64,000 nucleotides of DNA from Thermodesulfobacteriota bacterium. Its GTDB lineage: Bacteria > Desulfobacterota > Desulfobacteria > Desulfobacterales > SURF-7. Positions within the stretch are counted from its first letter, which is position 1, and each line of letters starts with the position of its first letter. The notes below the pieces were generated by a model. That model ran no database searches, had not been told where the DNA came from, and saw nothing but the letters and a program-made list of their open reading frames with translations. Of this stretch, positions 38,491 through 47,463 are shown one piece after another. Location of the stretch: assembly GCA_049320885.1 (NCBI GenBank), contig JBMORA010000029.1, positions 1-64,000 of the forward strand. Direction: 5' to 3'. The position numbers and the translations under genes are program-made.

Positions 38491-39396
38491 ATGCGCTTTC
38501 AAAACGTAGCGGATGTTCAGGTCTGCCTGGCGGGAGCGAATTACATTGCTTCCCGGGAGGTGGCGACGGTTGTTTTTCTCGCGGAGGCGACCCGGAAACC
38601 CTTGCTGGTGGAGGGGCCAGCCGGTGTCGGCAAGACCGAACTCGCCAAGGCCGTGGCCCGGACCTTCAACCGAAAATTGATTCGGCTGCAATGTTATGAA
38701 GGCCTGGATGAAGCCAAGGCCCTCTATGAATGGGAATACGCCAAGCAGCTTTTATACACCCAGATCGTCAAGGAAAAAATCCAGGATGTGATCTCCGACG
38801 CCGCTTCACTGGCGGAAGCCGTGGATAAAATCGCCGAACAGGAAGACGCCTTCTTCTCCGAGCGTTTTATCCAGACGCGGCCCCTGCTTGCGGCCATCAG
38901 TTCGGAAGATCCGGTGGTGCTCCTGATCGACGAAGTCGATAAATCGGATCCGGAATTCGAAGCCTTTCTGCTGGAGCTGTTAAGCGATTTCCAGGTGTCC
39001 ATACCCGAACTGGGCACCCGCAAGGCGATCCATATCCCCTTTGTCGTGTTGACTTCCAACAATTACAGGGATATGAGCGATGCCTTGAAGCGCCGCTGCA
39101 TCCATCTCTACATCGATTATCCCGATCGGGAAATGGAAGCGCGGATCGTGCAGATGAAAATCCCCGGGATTCAGCGGCTCCTGGCGGAAAAACTGGTGGA
39201 CACCATCACCCGGATCCGGGAGCTGGATTTGAAAAAACGTCCCTCCATTTCCGAAACCCTGGACTGGGCCAGATCGCTACTGGCCCTGGAGGTTACGGAA
39301 ATATCTCCGGAAATCGTGGCGGATACCGTGAATGTTATCTGCAAATACCGGGTGGATACGGAACTGGTGAAGCGTTCGCTGCCCAAGCTGGTGTGA
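38491..39396 (+). CDS. MoxR family AAA+ ATPase (CoxD-like)
   Basis: LLVEGPAGVGKTELAK, IRLQCYEGLD, LLIDEVDK, DALKRRC, RPSISETLDW. Confidence 0.92.
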   Translation: MRFQNVADVQVCLAGANYIASREVATVVFLAEATRKPLLVEGPAGVGKTELAKAVARTFNRKLIRLQCYEGLDEAKALYEWEYAKQLLYTQIVKEKIQDVISDAASLAEAVDKIAEQEDAFFSERFIQTRPLLAAISSEDPVVLLIDEVDKSDPEFEAFLLELLSDFQVSIPELGTRKAIHIPFVVLTSNNYRDMSDALKRRCIHLYIDYPDREMEARIVQMKIPGIQRLLAEKLVDTITRIRELDLKKRPSISETLDWARSLLALEVTEISPEIVADTVNVICKYRVDTELVKRSLPKLV

Positions 39397-39411
39397 ACGG
39401 ACAACCGCCCC

Positions 39412-40800
39412 ATGGTCAACCTGATCCTGAAATTCGCCGCTTTTTGCCGGGCCTCGGACCTGAAGGTCTCCACTTCGGAAGTGCTGGATTGTCTCCGGCA
39501 TCTTTCCCTGGTGGACTTCATCGAGGAGTCCCAATTCAAAACCGCCTTGAAAACGAACTTTGTCAAGAGCCGCCGGGATCAACCGCATTTCGACCGGTTG
39601 TATGCGCTGTTTTTCCATCAGTTACGCCTCGAGGAACCGGAAACCCATCCGGAAACCTCCGGCCCCGGACCGCGGGAAGAACTGCTTGCCGCCCTGGGTG
39701 AAACCGCAGAGCGGGATCCCTTGACCGATGCCGTGGTGGATTTTCTGAAAGGAGATCCCATCGCTTTCATGGAGCTTCTGCGGCGCATCCAGACCCGGGA
39801 GCAGGAGTCCTCCCGGGCGGTCAAATCCAACCTGGGTGTTCTGTCCGGACGTCTGGAAGTCATGCTCAAGCTGAACCAGATGCGCGGACGGATCATGCAG
39901 CTGATCGAAGGGCGGGGGGAGGGGCCGGAAGGATCGGGACAACCCGGGAAGCTGCGGGACTATTTTCATCGCCGGCTGGAAACCGCTTTTTCCATGATCA
40001 CGGATGAAAAAAAGCCCCGCAATGACGGTCTCCATCAGGTCAAGGCGGACGATTTGTCCGGTCCGGGAATCGGGGAAAAATTTTTTTCCTCCTTGACCCG
40101 CAAGGAAGTGGAGGACATGCGGGAGGTCATCGCCCAGCTGGTCCGCCGCATGAAGGACATGGTTACCAGAAGATGGGCCAAGAAGAGCCGGGGAATATTG
40201 GACGTCAAAAAAACCCTGAGACGGGCGGGGCGCTTCCAGGGGGTGCCCATCGAGGTTGTTTACAAGAAGCGCCCGCCCCGCAAGGGGAAAATCGTCACCC
40301 TTTGCGATGTGTCCGGTTCCGTCTGGGCCGCGGCCCGCTTCATGCTCAACATGATCTATTCGCTGCAGGACTGCTTCAGCCAGGTGCGGAGCTTTGTGTT
40401 TGTGGCCGAACTTGCCGAGATCACCAAGATCTTCGAGAAATTCGACGTGAACGAAGCCATTGAAAAAGTCATGACCGAGGCTGGCATCAATTACCAGGCG
40501 CTCACCGACTATGGCGAGATGCTGTCGCGGTTTCACCGGGATCACATGCATGTCCTCAACAAGAAAACCACTTTCATCATCGTGGGCGACGGCCGATCGA
40601 ACTACTTCAGCCCCCGTGAACATATCCTGGATGAAATCCGGGAGAAATGCCGGCGGGTGATTTGGCTCAACCCCGAGTCCGAGCGTTTCTGGTCGGACGG
40701 CGACAGCGAGATGCACACCTATACGGCTTATTGCCATGAAGTGCGTCCCTGCCAGAATCTGAAGCAGCTGACGGCCTTCATCGAGGAACTGATTCTATGA
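39412..40800 (+). CDS. VWA domain protein (CoxE-like)
   Basis: LDVKKTLR, MIDAS motif CDVSGS, TDYG, IVGDGRSN, VIWLNPE; paired with the MoxR gene. Confidence 0.9.
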   Translation: MVNLILKFAAFCRASDLKVSTSEVLDCLRHLSLVDFIEESQFKTALKTNFVKSRRDQPHFDRLYALFFHQLRLEEPETHPETSGPGPREELLAALGETAERDPLTDAVVDFLKGDPIAFMELLRRIQTREQESSRAVKSNLGVLSGRLEVMLKLNQMRGRIMQLIEGRGEGPEGSGQPGKLRDYFHRRLETAFSMITDEKKPRNDGLHQVKADDLSGPGIGEKFFSSLTRKEVEDMREVIAQLVRRMKDMVTRRWAKKSRGILDVKKTLRRAGRFQGVPIEVVYKKRPPRKGKIVTLCDVSGSVWAAARFMLNMIYSLQDCFSQVRSFVFVAELAEITKIFEKFDVNEAIEKVMTEAGINYQALTDYGEMLSRFHRDHMHVLNKKTTFIIVGDGRSNYFSPREHILDEIREKCRRVIWLNPESERFWSDGDSEMHTYTAYCHEVRPCQNLKQLTAFIEELIL

Positions 40801-40812
40801 TGTGACGGTTTT

Positions 40813-41292
40813 TCAGTGATTGTCGTCGATACGGCGCAAGGCGTCCATGACAAGCTGGAGCGTGTTCATCTTGACGGGAACGATCCAGCGGGTGTCCAGG
40901 TTGGTTTCCCGGAAATGGAACTGACCGCTCTGCAGACAGAACATGCTGAAAATGATTTCCTGGACCTGATTATAGAGATAACGCTCCAGGCTTTCGACGG
41001 AAAGGAATCCTTTCTCGATCAAGGTCTTTCCGATGGCCTGTTTTTTTTCCTTCGAGATCACCAGACAGTCCGTGAGCTGTCCTTCGGTCACCAGTCCGTC
41101 ATTGACCAGGAGTTGTCCCAGCCGTGAGGGTTTCTGGGATTCGATGGCGTACACAATGGCGCCTTCCAGAAAAAAAGTTTGGAACTGCAGTTCGCCTTCC
41201 GTTACGGTGAGGGTGCCTGACTTGCCTTCCTGGCTCAGCAGCTGCAATATTCCGGCCAAGGAAATCGTTCCGATATCGCCTGTAAACGTCAA
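40813..41292 (-). CDS. DUF4388 domain protein with inserted MshEN-like motif
   Basis: FTGDIGTISLAGILQLL..EGKSGTL (DUF4388), RLGQLLVNDGLVT..QL, ending ALRRIDD. TTG start after AGGAG. Confidence 0.8.
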   Translation of the reverse strand: MTFTGDIGTISLAGILQLLSQEGKSGTLTVTEGELQFQTFFLEGAIVYAIESQKPSRLGQLLVNDGLVTEGQLTDCLVISKEKKQAIGKTLIEKGFLSVESLERYLYNQVQEIIFSMFCLQSGQFHFRETNLDTRWIVPVKMNTLQLVMDALRRIDDNH

Positions 41293-41325
41293 TGCGAACT
41301 CCTAGAGATTTACTTTCCATTTCAT

Positions 41326-41354
41326 TTTATAGACGATGGGACCAGCGATGTCAA
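41326..41354 (-). promoter_or_regulatory. Near-consensus sigma70 promoter for the DUF4388 gene
   Basis: Minus strand TTGACA (41354-41349), 17-bp spacer, TATAAA (41331-41326). Confidence 0.6.
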
Positions 41355-41565
41355 TCATATGAAAAAAACCGGCACTTAGGATGCCCATGGTATAAGGGCT
41401 TTTCCGCTGGCAAGCCCAGGGCCGTCCTTGGGATTCCTTCCCGTTCCGGTTCTCGCTTCAGGGCGAAAAAGGTTGACTGTCAATGAAAATTGTGTGAATC
41501 GTTAGAGGCCGACCGGAAGGGAGGGCGGGGAAAGGCCGATTGATTTCGTTCAGCAAATCCGTGCT

Positions 41566-43428
41566 ATGTCATCCAAAAATGTGTCACATACATCCCTGAT
41601 GCCACAAACCGGTAAGCGACCCACCGCTGAAAAAGCGACTGCGCCGTCGGAGGAAATTCCCAACCGCTATTCGATCCGGGAAAGCGGATCGGAACGGATT
41701 TTGACCTGTATTGAAGCGCCCAATCTGCTGGTTCAGGTGAAAAACGGTTTGTCCGTTTCCGCCGCCGCCATGGCCAAATCTCCGCCGGGAACCATTTACC
41801 TGGACGGGGTGGCCCAAAACGGCCCCTTGCTGGACCATGCCAGACAGGTGTACAACTTTGATCACCATGAGGGCTGCATCCGGACGTTTACGCTGTCCAC
41901 CTGCGAACAGGTCCTGCTGATGATCAAAAAGGGGCTGGATCTGCGCAGCCGGGAATGGAAGATATTCGCCAACGATCCGGACCTGGATACGGTTCTGGCT
42001 GTCTGGCTGTTGTTGAATCATATCCGCATCAATGAACAGGAATCCATCCGGGAGCATATCCTGTTGCCCCTGGTCCGCCTTCAGGGCAGCATCGATTCCC
42101 TGGGACTGGAACTGAAACACCTGACGGGTCTCCCACCCGCGGTGCTGAATCAGAGCCAGCGCATCATCGATCATCTGCGCCGGAAGGAAATTCAGATCAA
42201 AAAGGAGGGCCGGTGGGAGGAGACGGATTTCCTGGAGTATACCGTCGGAGTGTTGCACGATATCGATCAGATCGTATATGAATCCAAAAAATTCGGAAAA
42301 TTATTGGGCATTGAGGAACTGGCGCGGGTCAATCTGCCGGATAACCGTGTGGCCGTGGTGCTGCAGTCCGACATGGGAATTTACGAGATCGAACCCCAAT
42401 TGAAGAAAATCTACGGCGGCAACATCGGTCTTGCGATCCTGCGGCGATCACCGTCGGCATATACCCTGCGGCAGGTGGATCCGTTTCTGCGCGGAAATCT
42501 GGAGGATGTGTACGACAAGCTGAATTTCATGGATCCGGCCGTGAAATACCGGAATGTAACCAACAAATGGGGAGGGGCTTCCGATATCGGCGGATCGCCG
42601 CGGGAAAGCGGGACAATGCTGACCCCGGAAGAAATCGCCAAAGGATGCCGCGACACGTTTCAGAAGTATTCCTTCTTGCAGAAGCTGCTGGATATATCCC
42701 TGATGGCCGGTTATTCCCTGGCGGCGTTGTTTTTGGCCGAACTCCTGGCGGCGTACTGGCGGCCCCTCGACTGGTTCGACGCACCGCTTGTCAATGCGGT
42801 TACCGCCGACCCCTATTTCGGATTCAGTTCCGGGCTGTTCCTGTTGGCCACCATCATCCTGGTCGCCGTGTCCGGTCGAAGACCGTGGCAGTTCGGAATC
42901 ATACGGCCCCTGGGGAAAAAATGGTGGCTCCTGTTGCCGCTCACGGTTCTGGCGGCTTTTGCCGGCGGCGCCTGGGCGCCGATGGCAAAGCTCCATCCGC
43001 AGCCTCCGGATGGTCTCCTCCTGCTGATAACCTGTATCCTGCTGACTTTCTCCGCCGAATATCTTTTCCGCTCCGTGCTGCATGGTGTTCTGGCCCAACG
43101 GTCCAGAATCCAGAATTATGAGAGCCGCTATTTCATTTCCTGGCCGAATCTCGGGACCGCTTGTCTGTACAGCATTTTCCTGACTTTTCTACCGTTCTTT
43201 CCCGATGAGTCCTTTCATCCGCTGTCCCTCAACCTCAGACCGGGCTCTCTGTATATCGCCGCCTTCCTTTTCAGTATGACGCTGGGTTTTGTCCGGGAAC
43301 GCTCCCATAGTTTTTTTACCGCTTTCCTGTTTCATCTGATCTCGGTTCTCTCGGTTGTGTTTTTACCGGACACGCTGATGAGCCTTGTTCCGTTGGCGTC
43401 CTTTTTGTGGTCGAAATTACCGTTATAA
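41566..43428 (+). CDS. Fusion protein: soluble DHH-like domain plus CPBP/CAAX-protease-like membrane domain
   Basis: IYLDG, NFDHHEG, NDPDLD, WGG..GGSPR, followed by about 7 TM helices with AEYLFRS, VRERSHS and FLFH. Confidence 0.65.
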   Translation: MSSKNVSHTSLMPQTGKRPTAEKATAPSEEIPNRYSIRESGSERILTCIEAPNLLVQVKNGLSVSAAAMAKSPPGTIYLDGVAQNGPLLDHARQVYNFDHHEGCIRTFTLSTCEQVLLMIKKGLDLRSREWKIFANDPDLDTVLAVWLLLNHIRINEQESIREHILLPLVRLQGSIDSLGLELKHLTGLPPAVLNQSQRIIDHLRRKEIQIKKEGRWEETDFLEYTVGVLHDIDQIVYESKKFGKLLGIEELARVNLPDNRVAVVLQSDMGIYEIEPQLKKIYGGNIGLAILRRSPSAYTLRQVDPFLRGNLEDVYDKLNFMDPAVKYRNVTNKWGGASDIGGSPRESGTMLTPEEIAKGCRDTFQKYSFLQKLLDISLMAGYSLAALFLAELLAAYWRPLDWFDAPLVNAVTADPYFGFSSGLFLLATIILVAVSGRRPWQFGIIRPLGKKWWLLLPLTVLAAFAGGAWAPMAKLHPQPPDGLLLLITCILLTFSAEYLFRSVLHGVLAQRSRIQNYESRYFISWPNLGTACLYSIFLTFLPFFPDESFHPLSLNLRPGSLYIAAFLFSMTLGFVRERSHSFFTAFLFHLISVLSVVFLPDTLMSLVPLASFLWSKLPL

Positions 43429-43666
43429 AGGGACGCTCCTCGCTGAAACCCGACACTTCATTATACGCACCATAGGCCTGCAGGTTTTGCTCGGTTATAT
43501 TTTCAGAATTTAGTTGCCCAAGAAGCCTGCTTGTTGTACGGATATAAACCATTATGGCGGCGCTTGCCAAACCGCTGGCCAAGGAATTCATTTGGATGGG
43601 ACCTTGGGGTGAACGCACTGGTTGACCGATAACCGAATACCATTAACCATTAACGATTCAGGGTTT

Positions 43667-44311
43667 ATGAAAAGAACTATAATTTTCCTGGCGATGATGA
43701 TGGTCTCGTTTCCGGTTTTCGCACTGGATACGATTTCCGATCTGGAACTGAATGATCTCACCGGCCAAGCCGGCGTCAGCATTTTCCTCAACACAATCCG
43801 GATTGAGAAGGCCCATTGGGTCAGCGGCTATGGTGATGAGGGCGAAGCTGCTTTTGGAAACAATACCAACTGGTTACTGATGAGCGCCGAAGGCCGGACC
43901 CAGGAAATCTCTTTTCTTGGCTCCCGCACATTGGATATCGACATTGTCAGTCGCACCGAATTCACCAACGCGATATTGTCGGGGGCGGTTCCTGGTGTGC
44001 ATCCGGCCGATGCCTCCCGGTTCGGCGGTTTGCAAATGAGCGCCCTGGATGAATCTCACTCAACCGTCAGCGACAGTGTTTCCGATACGGCACTGATCAT
44101 CAGTTTGCCCAACGGGATTCAGATCGCCGACTGTGGCGATGTCGTGACCATAGGCCTTGGCCAGGTCGCTAACACTGCAGCCATCGATTTCGACACTCAA
44201 ATGCAAGTCCTGATCAAAACATATAGTGGGGGGGGGACCACCACCATCTCTGGCGCCGGCGGCCCAGTCTCGGCCAACAATGCCCACATCGGCATCATGG
44301 CCCACGACTGA
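43667..44311 (+). CDS. Secreted DUF6160/FilA-like protein
   Basis: Signal peptide ending VFA, then LDTISDLELNDLTGQAGVSI; ends IGIMAHD. Confidence 0.6.
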   Translation: MKRTIIFLAMMMVSFPVFALDTISDLELNDLTGQAGVSIFLNTIRIEKAHWVSGYGDEGEAAFGNNTNWLLMSAEGRTQEISFLGSRTLDIDIVSRTEFTNAILSGAVPGVHPADASRFGGLQMSALDESHSTVSDSVSDTALIISLPNGIQIADCGDVVTIGLGQVANTAAIDFDTQMQVLIKTYSGGGTTTISGAGGPVSANNAHIGIMAHD

Positions 44312-44367
44312 CGCTTTCCCTTGCTCCTTCTCCGTTTTCACCCGAGGACCGCGGAAATCAGAGTATA

Positions 44368-47300
44368 TCAGGCCCCTTCGAAAAAATCGTATCTTTTGTC
44401 ATTCTTCGCCTCTGGCATCGGCGTTCCGTTGGAACCCGCTGAATGGATACCGGACAACGCCGGTTGAGAAAATTTGGATACGGCCGTCACATGGGACACG
44501 TTCAGCGTAAGGGCGCCGAAATCCTCTTCCACCCTGCCGCTGAGGATGTAGGGACGGCTGCGATCCAGCAGCGCGCAGAAACGCCGGTAGGTTTCCGGGA
44601 AAAAAGTGGTTTCCACCAGACCGGTTTCATCCTCGAAAGTGAGGAATTCCATGGGTTCGTCGTGGCGGGTGCGCACCACCTTGCCGGTGATCAGCAGGCC
44701 GGCGAAGCGGATGCGGCGCCCCGCATGCCGGCCCAGCTCCATTGCTTTGACGAGACCGGTATCCGGCAGCCGGTCTTTGTACAGGGACATGGGATGAAAG
44801 CTGCACAGAAATCCGAGAACCTCGTATTCCCGCCGCAGGCGCTGGTATCCATCGTCCGGAGGCAGCACCGGCCGCCGGATACCCGGAAGCGGATGGAACA
44901 GGTCCCGGGATGGCAGCCGAGAGTTTCGGGAGTCCCGCCAGACCGCCACCTCCCATGACAAGTCGGCATGGCTAGCGCCGGGCCTGAGCGCGTCCAGGGC
45001 GCCGCTGTGAATGAGCGCCCGGACTTCGATGTCATCGGGGCGGACCCGCTCAAGAAAATCCGTGACGGTTTCATAGGGGCCGGTTTGCCGGTTTTCCAGG
45101 ATGCGACGCTGCACTCCGGCCCCCAGGTTTTTGACGGACTGGAGTCCCACCCGCAGGTGTTTCCCCCGGCCCTGCCAGCGGATCCGGCTGTGATTGACGT
45201 CGGGGTGGAGAATCGTCAGCCCCATGCGCCGCGCCTCGGATACATAGGCGCAGGTGTTGTAAAATCCGCCCTGGTTGCTGATCACCGCGGCCATGAATTC
45301 GGCCGGATGGCGGGCCTTGAGAAAGGCGGATTGGAAGGAAACCCTGGCATAGCTGGCGCTATGGGGCTTGCAGAAGGAGTAGCCCCCGAAGCTCAGGATC
45401 ATTTCCCAGACCGCCCGGAGCTGCTCGTCCGTCAATCCCCGTGAGCGGGCCCCGTCGAAAAAGCGGATTCGGTAGTCGTCCAGTTCAAGGACTTTGTCTT
45501 TTTTGGAGATGATTTTCCGCAGGCCGTCGGCCTCGGCATGGGAAAAACCGGCCAGGACCACGGCGGCTTTGGCGACATCTTCCTGATAGACCATGATGCC
45601 GTAAGTTTCCTCCAGGACATCGGCCAGGAGGGGATGGATGGGGTTCCAAGAGGCGCCGTGGAGACGGCGGAGGTATTCGCGGATAAAGGCATTCGCTGCC
45701 GGCCGGATAATGCTGCTGTGGATGACGATATGCTCGAAATCGCCGACCTTGGCCTTTTTCTGGAGCTGGCGGGTGGCCGGGCTTTCAATGTAAAAACAGC
45801 CCATGGTGTCGCCCCGGGCCACGGCGTCCCGGGTTACGGGATCATCCTCCGGTTCCCAGCGGCTTTCATCAAAGGTGACGCCGTTTTCCCGCAGACCGGC
45901 CACGGCGTCCCGGATCACGCCCAGGCTGCGGTTGCCGAGCAGGTCGATTTTGACCAGACCGCTTTCCTCGGCAGCGTCCTTTTCCCACTGGATGATGGGG
46001 ACGCCTTTGGGGGCGGTTTGAACGGGCACGTAGCCGGCGATGGGTTCCGGGGTGATGACCATGCCGCCGGAATGGACGGATAGATAGCGCGGGATGCCGA
46101 TCAGGCGTCGGGCCAGGCGGATGATGTCCGGCCAGGGGGCGGGGAAGGCCGTGGCTTTCATTTCCGGAACCTGTCGCAACTGGGTCAGCAGATCGTCCTC
46201 CATATGGCGGCTCCGCCAGTACCAGGGCAGGCGCCGGGTGATCCGGCTGATTTCGGTGTCCGTGAGGCCATGGACCTTGGCGACTTCCCGGATGGCCATG
46301 CGCGGCTGAAAAAGGACATGGTTGCACACCATGGCCGCATGACCGTCGTACTGCTTCAGGACGGAAGCCAGCACTTGGTCCCGCTCATCCCAGGCGAAAT
46401 CGATATCGATATCCGGCGGGTCCTTGCGTCCCGGATTCAGGAAGCGTTCGAAGTAGAGATTGTGTTTGACCGGGCAGACATTGGTGATGCCCAGGACATA
46501 GGCCACCAGGGAGGCCGCGCCGCTGCCGCGGCCGCAGATTCGCGGGCTGCGGCGCACGATATCCCGCACCACCAGAAAATAGGAGGAAAAGCCCATCCGG
46601 TCGATGACGGCCAGTTCATGTTCCAGACGGTCCACCACGGTTTCCGGCAGATCGTTGCCATAACGCCGGCGGGCCCCCTTGTAAGCGGCTTCACGAAGGA
46701 CGGCGGCGGCGGAACGCCCGTGGGGGTCGATCCAGGGAGGCATGACCAGACCGAAATCCGGACCGGTGAAGGCCAGCTCTTCGGCCAGCCGCCTGCCGGC
46801 GGTCACGGCTTCCGGCCAGGCGGCGAAGCGCCGGGAATACTCAGACGGTTCCGCCAGAAAGGCGTCGGCGGGCGCTGTGTCGTTTTGGGTCAGACGGGGC
46901 AGGGTGGTGCGGAGCTGGATGGCGCGCAGCAGCCGGTGGACCGCATTGTCATGGGGGTGAAGAAAAAAGGCTCCCGGTGTGGCCACAACCGGAATCTCCA
47001 GGCGGCGCGCCAGCCGCCGCAGTTGGAAATCCCCTGCGCCGGGGCGCCGGGGCAGGGGAATGGCCACGGATATCCCGGCGTTCCGCCACAACTCCAGCAG
47101 GTCCGGATGACGGGTCAGCACCACCAGCCCCTCGGAACGGACCATGACCGCCTTGGCCAGATCGAAATCTTCCCCGCGGTGCCGCTCGGTGATCAACCGG
47201 CAGAGTTGGCCATAGCCCGCCGCGTTTTTTACCAGACAGACGGCCCGGCGGTTTCTCGAGGGATCGGTCACCTCCACGCCCACGATGGGCGCAAGCCCGT

Positions 47301-47463
47301 TCCTTCGGCAGGCCTTGAGAAAGGGCCACAGGCCGTACAGATTGTCGGTATCCGTAAGGGCCAGCCGAAGGTAGCCCAACTGTCCGGCCCGCCGGCAGAT
47401 TTCTTCGGGGGAGGACACCCCCCACATGAGGGAATAGTGGGAGCGCAGGGTGAGGGGGATCAT
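44368..47463 (-). CDS. dnaE2: Error-prone-type DNA polymerase III alpha subunit
   Basis: PHP domain (RSHYSL, LALTDTDNLYG), GRGSGAAS, FERFLN, catalytic PPDIDIDF and KIDLLG, YSFCKPH, OB fold (FLTFEDETG). Lies in a lexA-led cassette. Confidence 0.88.
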   Translation of the reverse strand: MIPLTLRSHYSLMWGVSSPEEICRRAGQLGYLRLALTDTDNLYGLWPFLKACRRNGLAPIVGVEVTDPSRNRRAVCLVKNAAGYGQLCRLITERHRGEDFDLAKAVMVRSEGLVVLTRHPDLLELWRNAGISVAIPLPRRPGAGDFQLRRLARRLEIPVVATPGAFFLHPHDNAVHRLLRAIQLRTTLPRLTQNDTAPADAFLAEPSEYSRRFAAWPEAVTAGRRLAEELAFTGPDFGLVMPPWIDPHGRSAAAVLREAAYKGARRRYGNDLPETVVDRLEHELAVIDRMGFSSYFLVVRDIVRRSPRICGRGSGAASLVAYVLGITNVCPVKHNLYFERFLNPGRKDPPDIDIDFAWDERDQVLASVLKQYDGHAAMVCNHVLFQPRMAIREVAKVHGLTDTEISRITRRLPWYWRSRHMEDDLLTQLRQVPEMKATAFPAPWPDIIRLARRLIGIPRYLSVHSGGMVITPEPIAGYVPVQTAPKGVPIIQWEKDAAEESGLVKIDLLGNRSLGVIRDAVAGLRENGVTFDESRWEPEDDPVTRDAVARGDTMGCFYIESPATRQLQKKAKVGDFEHIVIHSSIIRPAANAFIREYLRRLHGASWNPIHPLLADVLEETYGIMVYQEDVAKAAVVLAGFSHAEADGLRKIISKKDKVLELDDYRIRFFDGARSRGLTDEQLRAVWEMILSFGGYSFCKPHSASYARVSFQSAFLKARHPAEFMAAVISNQGGFYNTCAYVSEARRMGLTILHPDVNHSRIRWQGRGKHLRVGLQSVKNLGAGVQRRILENRQTGPYETVTDFLERVRPDDIEVRALIHSGALDALRPGASHADLSWEVAVWRDSRNSRLPSRDLFHPLPGIRRPVLPPDDGYQRLRREYEVLGFLCSFHPMSLYKDRLPDTGLVKAMELGRHAGRRIRFAGLLITGKVVRTRHDEPMEFLTFEDETGLVETTFFPETYRRFCALLDRSRPYILSGRVEEDFGALTLNVSHVTAVSKFSQPALSGIHSAGSNGTPMPEAKNDKRYDFFEGA

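Noticed and set aside
38185..38691. Upstream part of the 218-aa minus-strand ORF
   Set aside because: It overlaps the MoxR gene in antisense; only the last 49 codons have an RBS and protein-like motifs.
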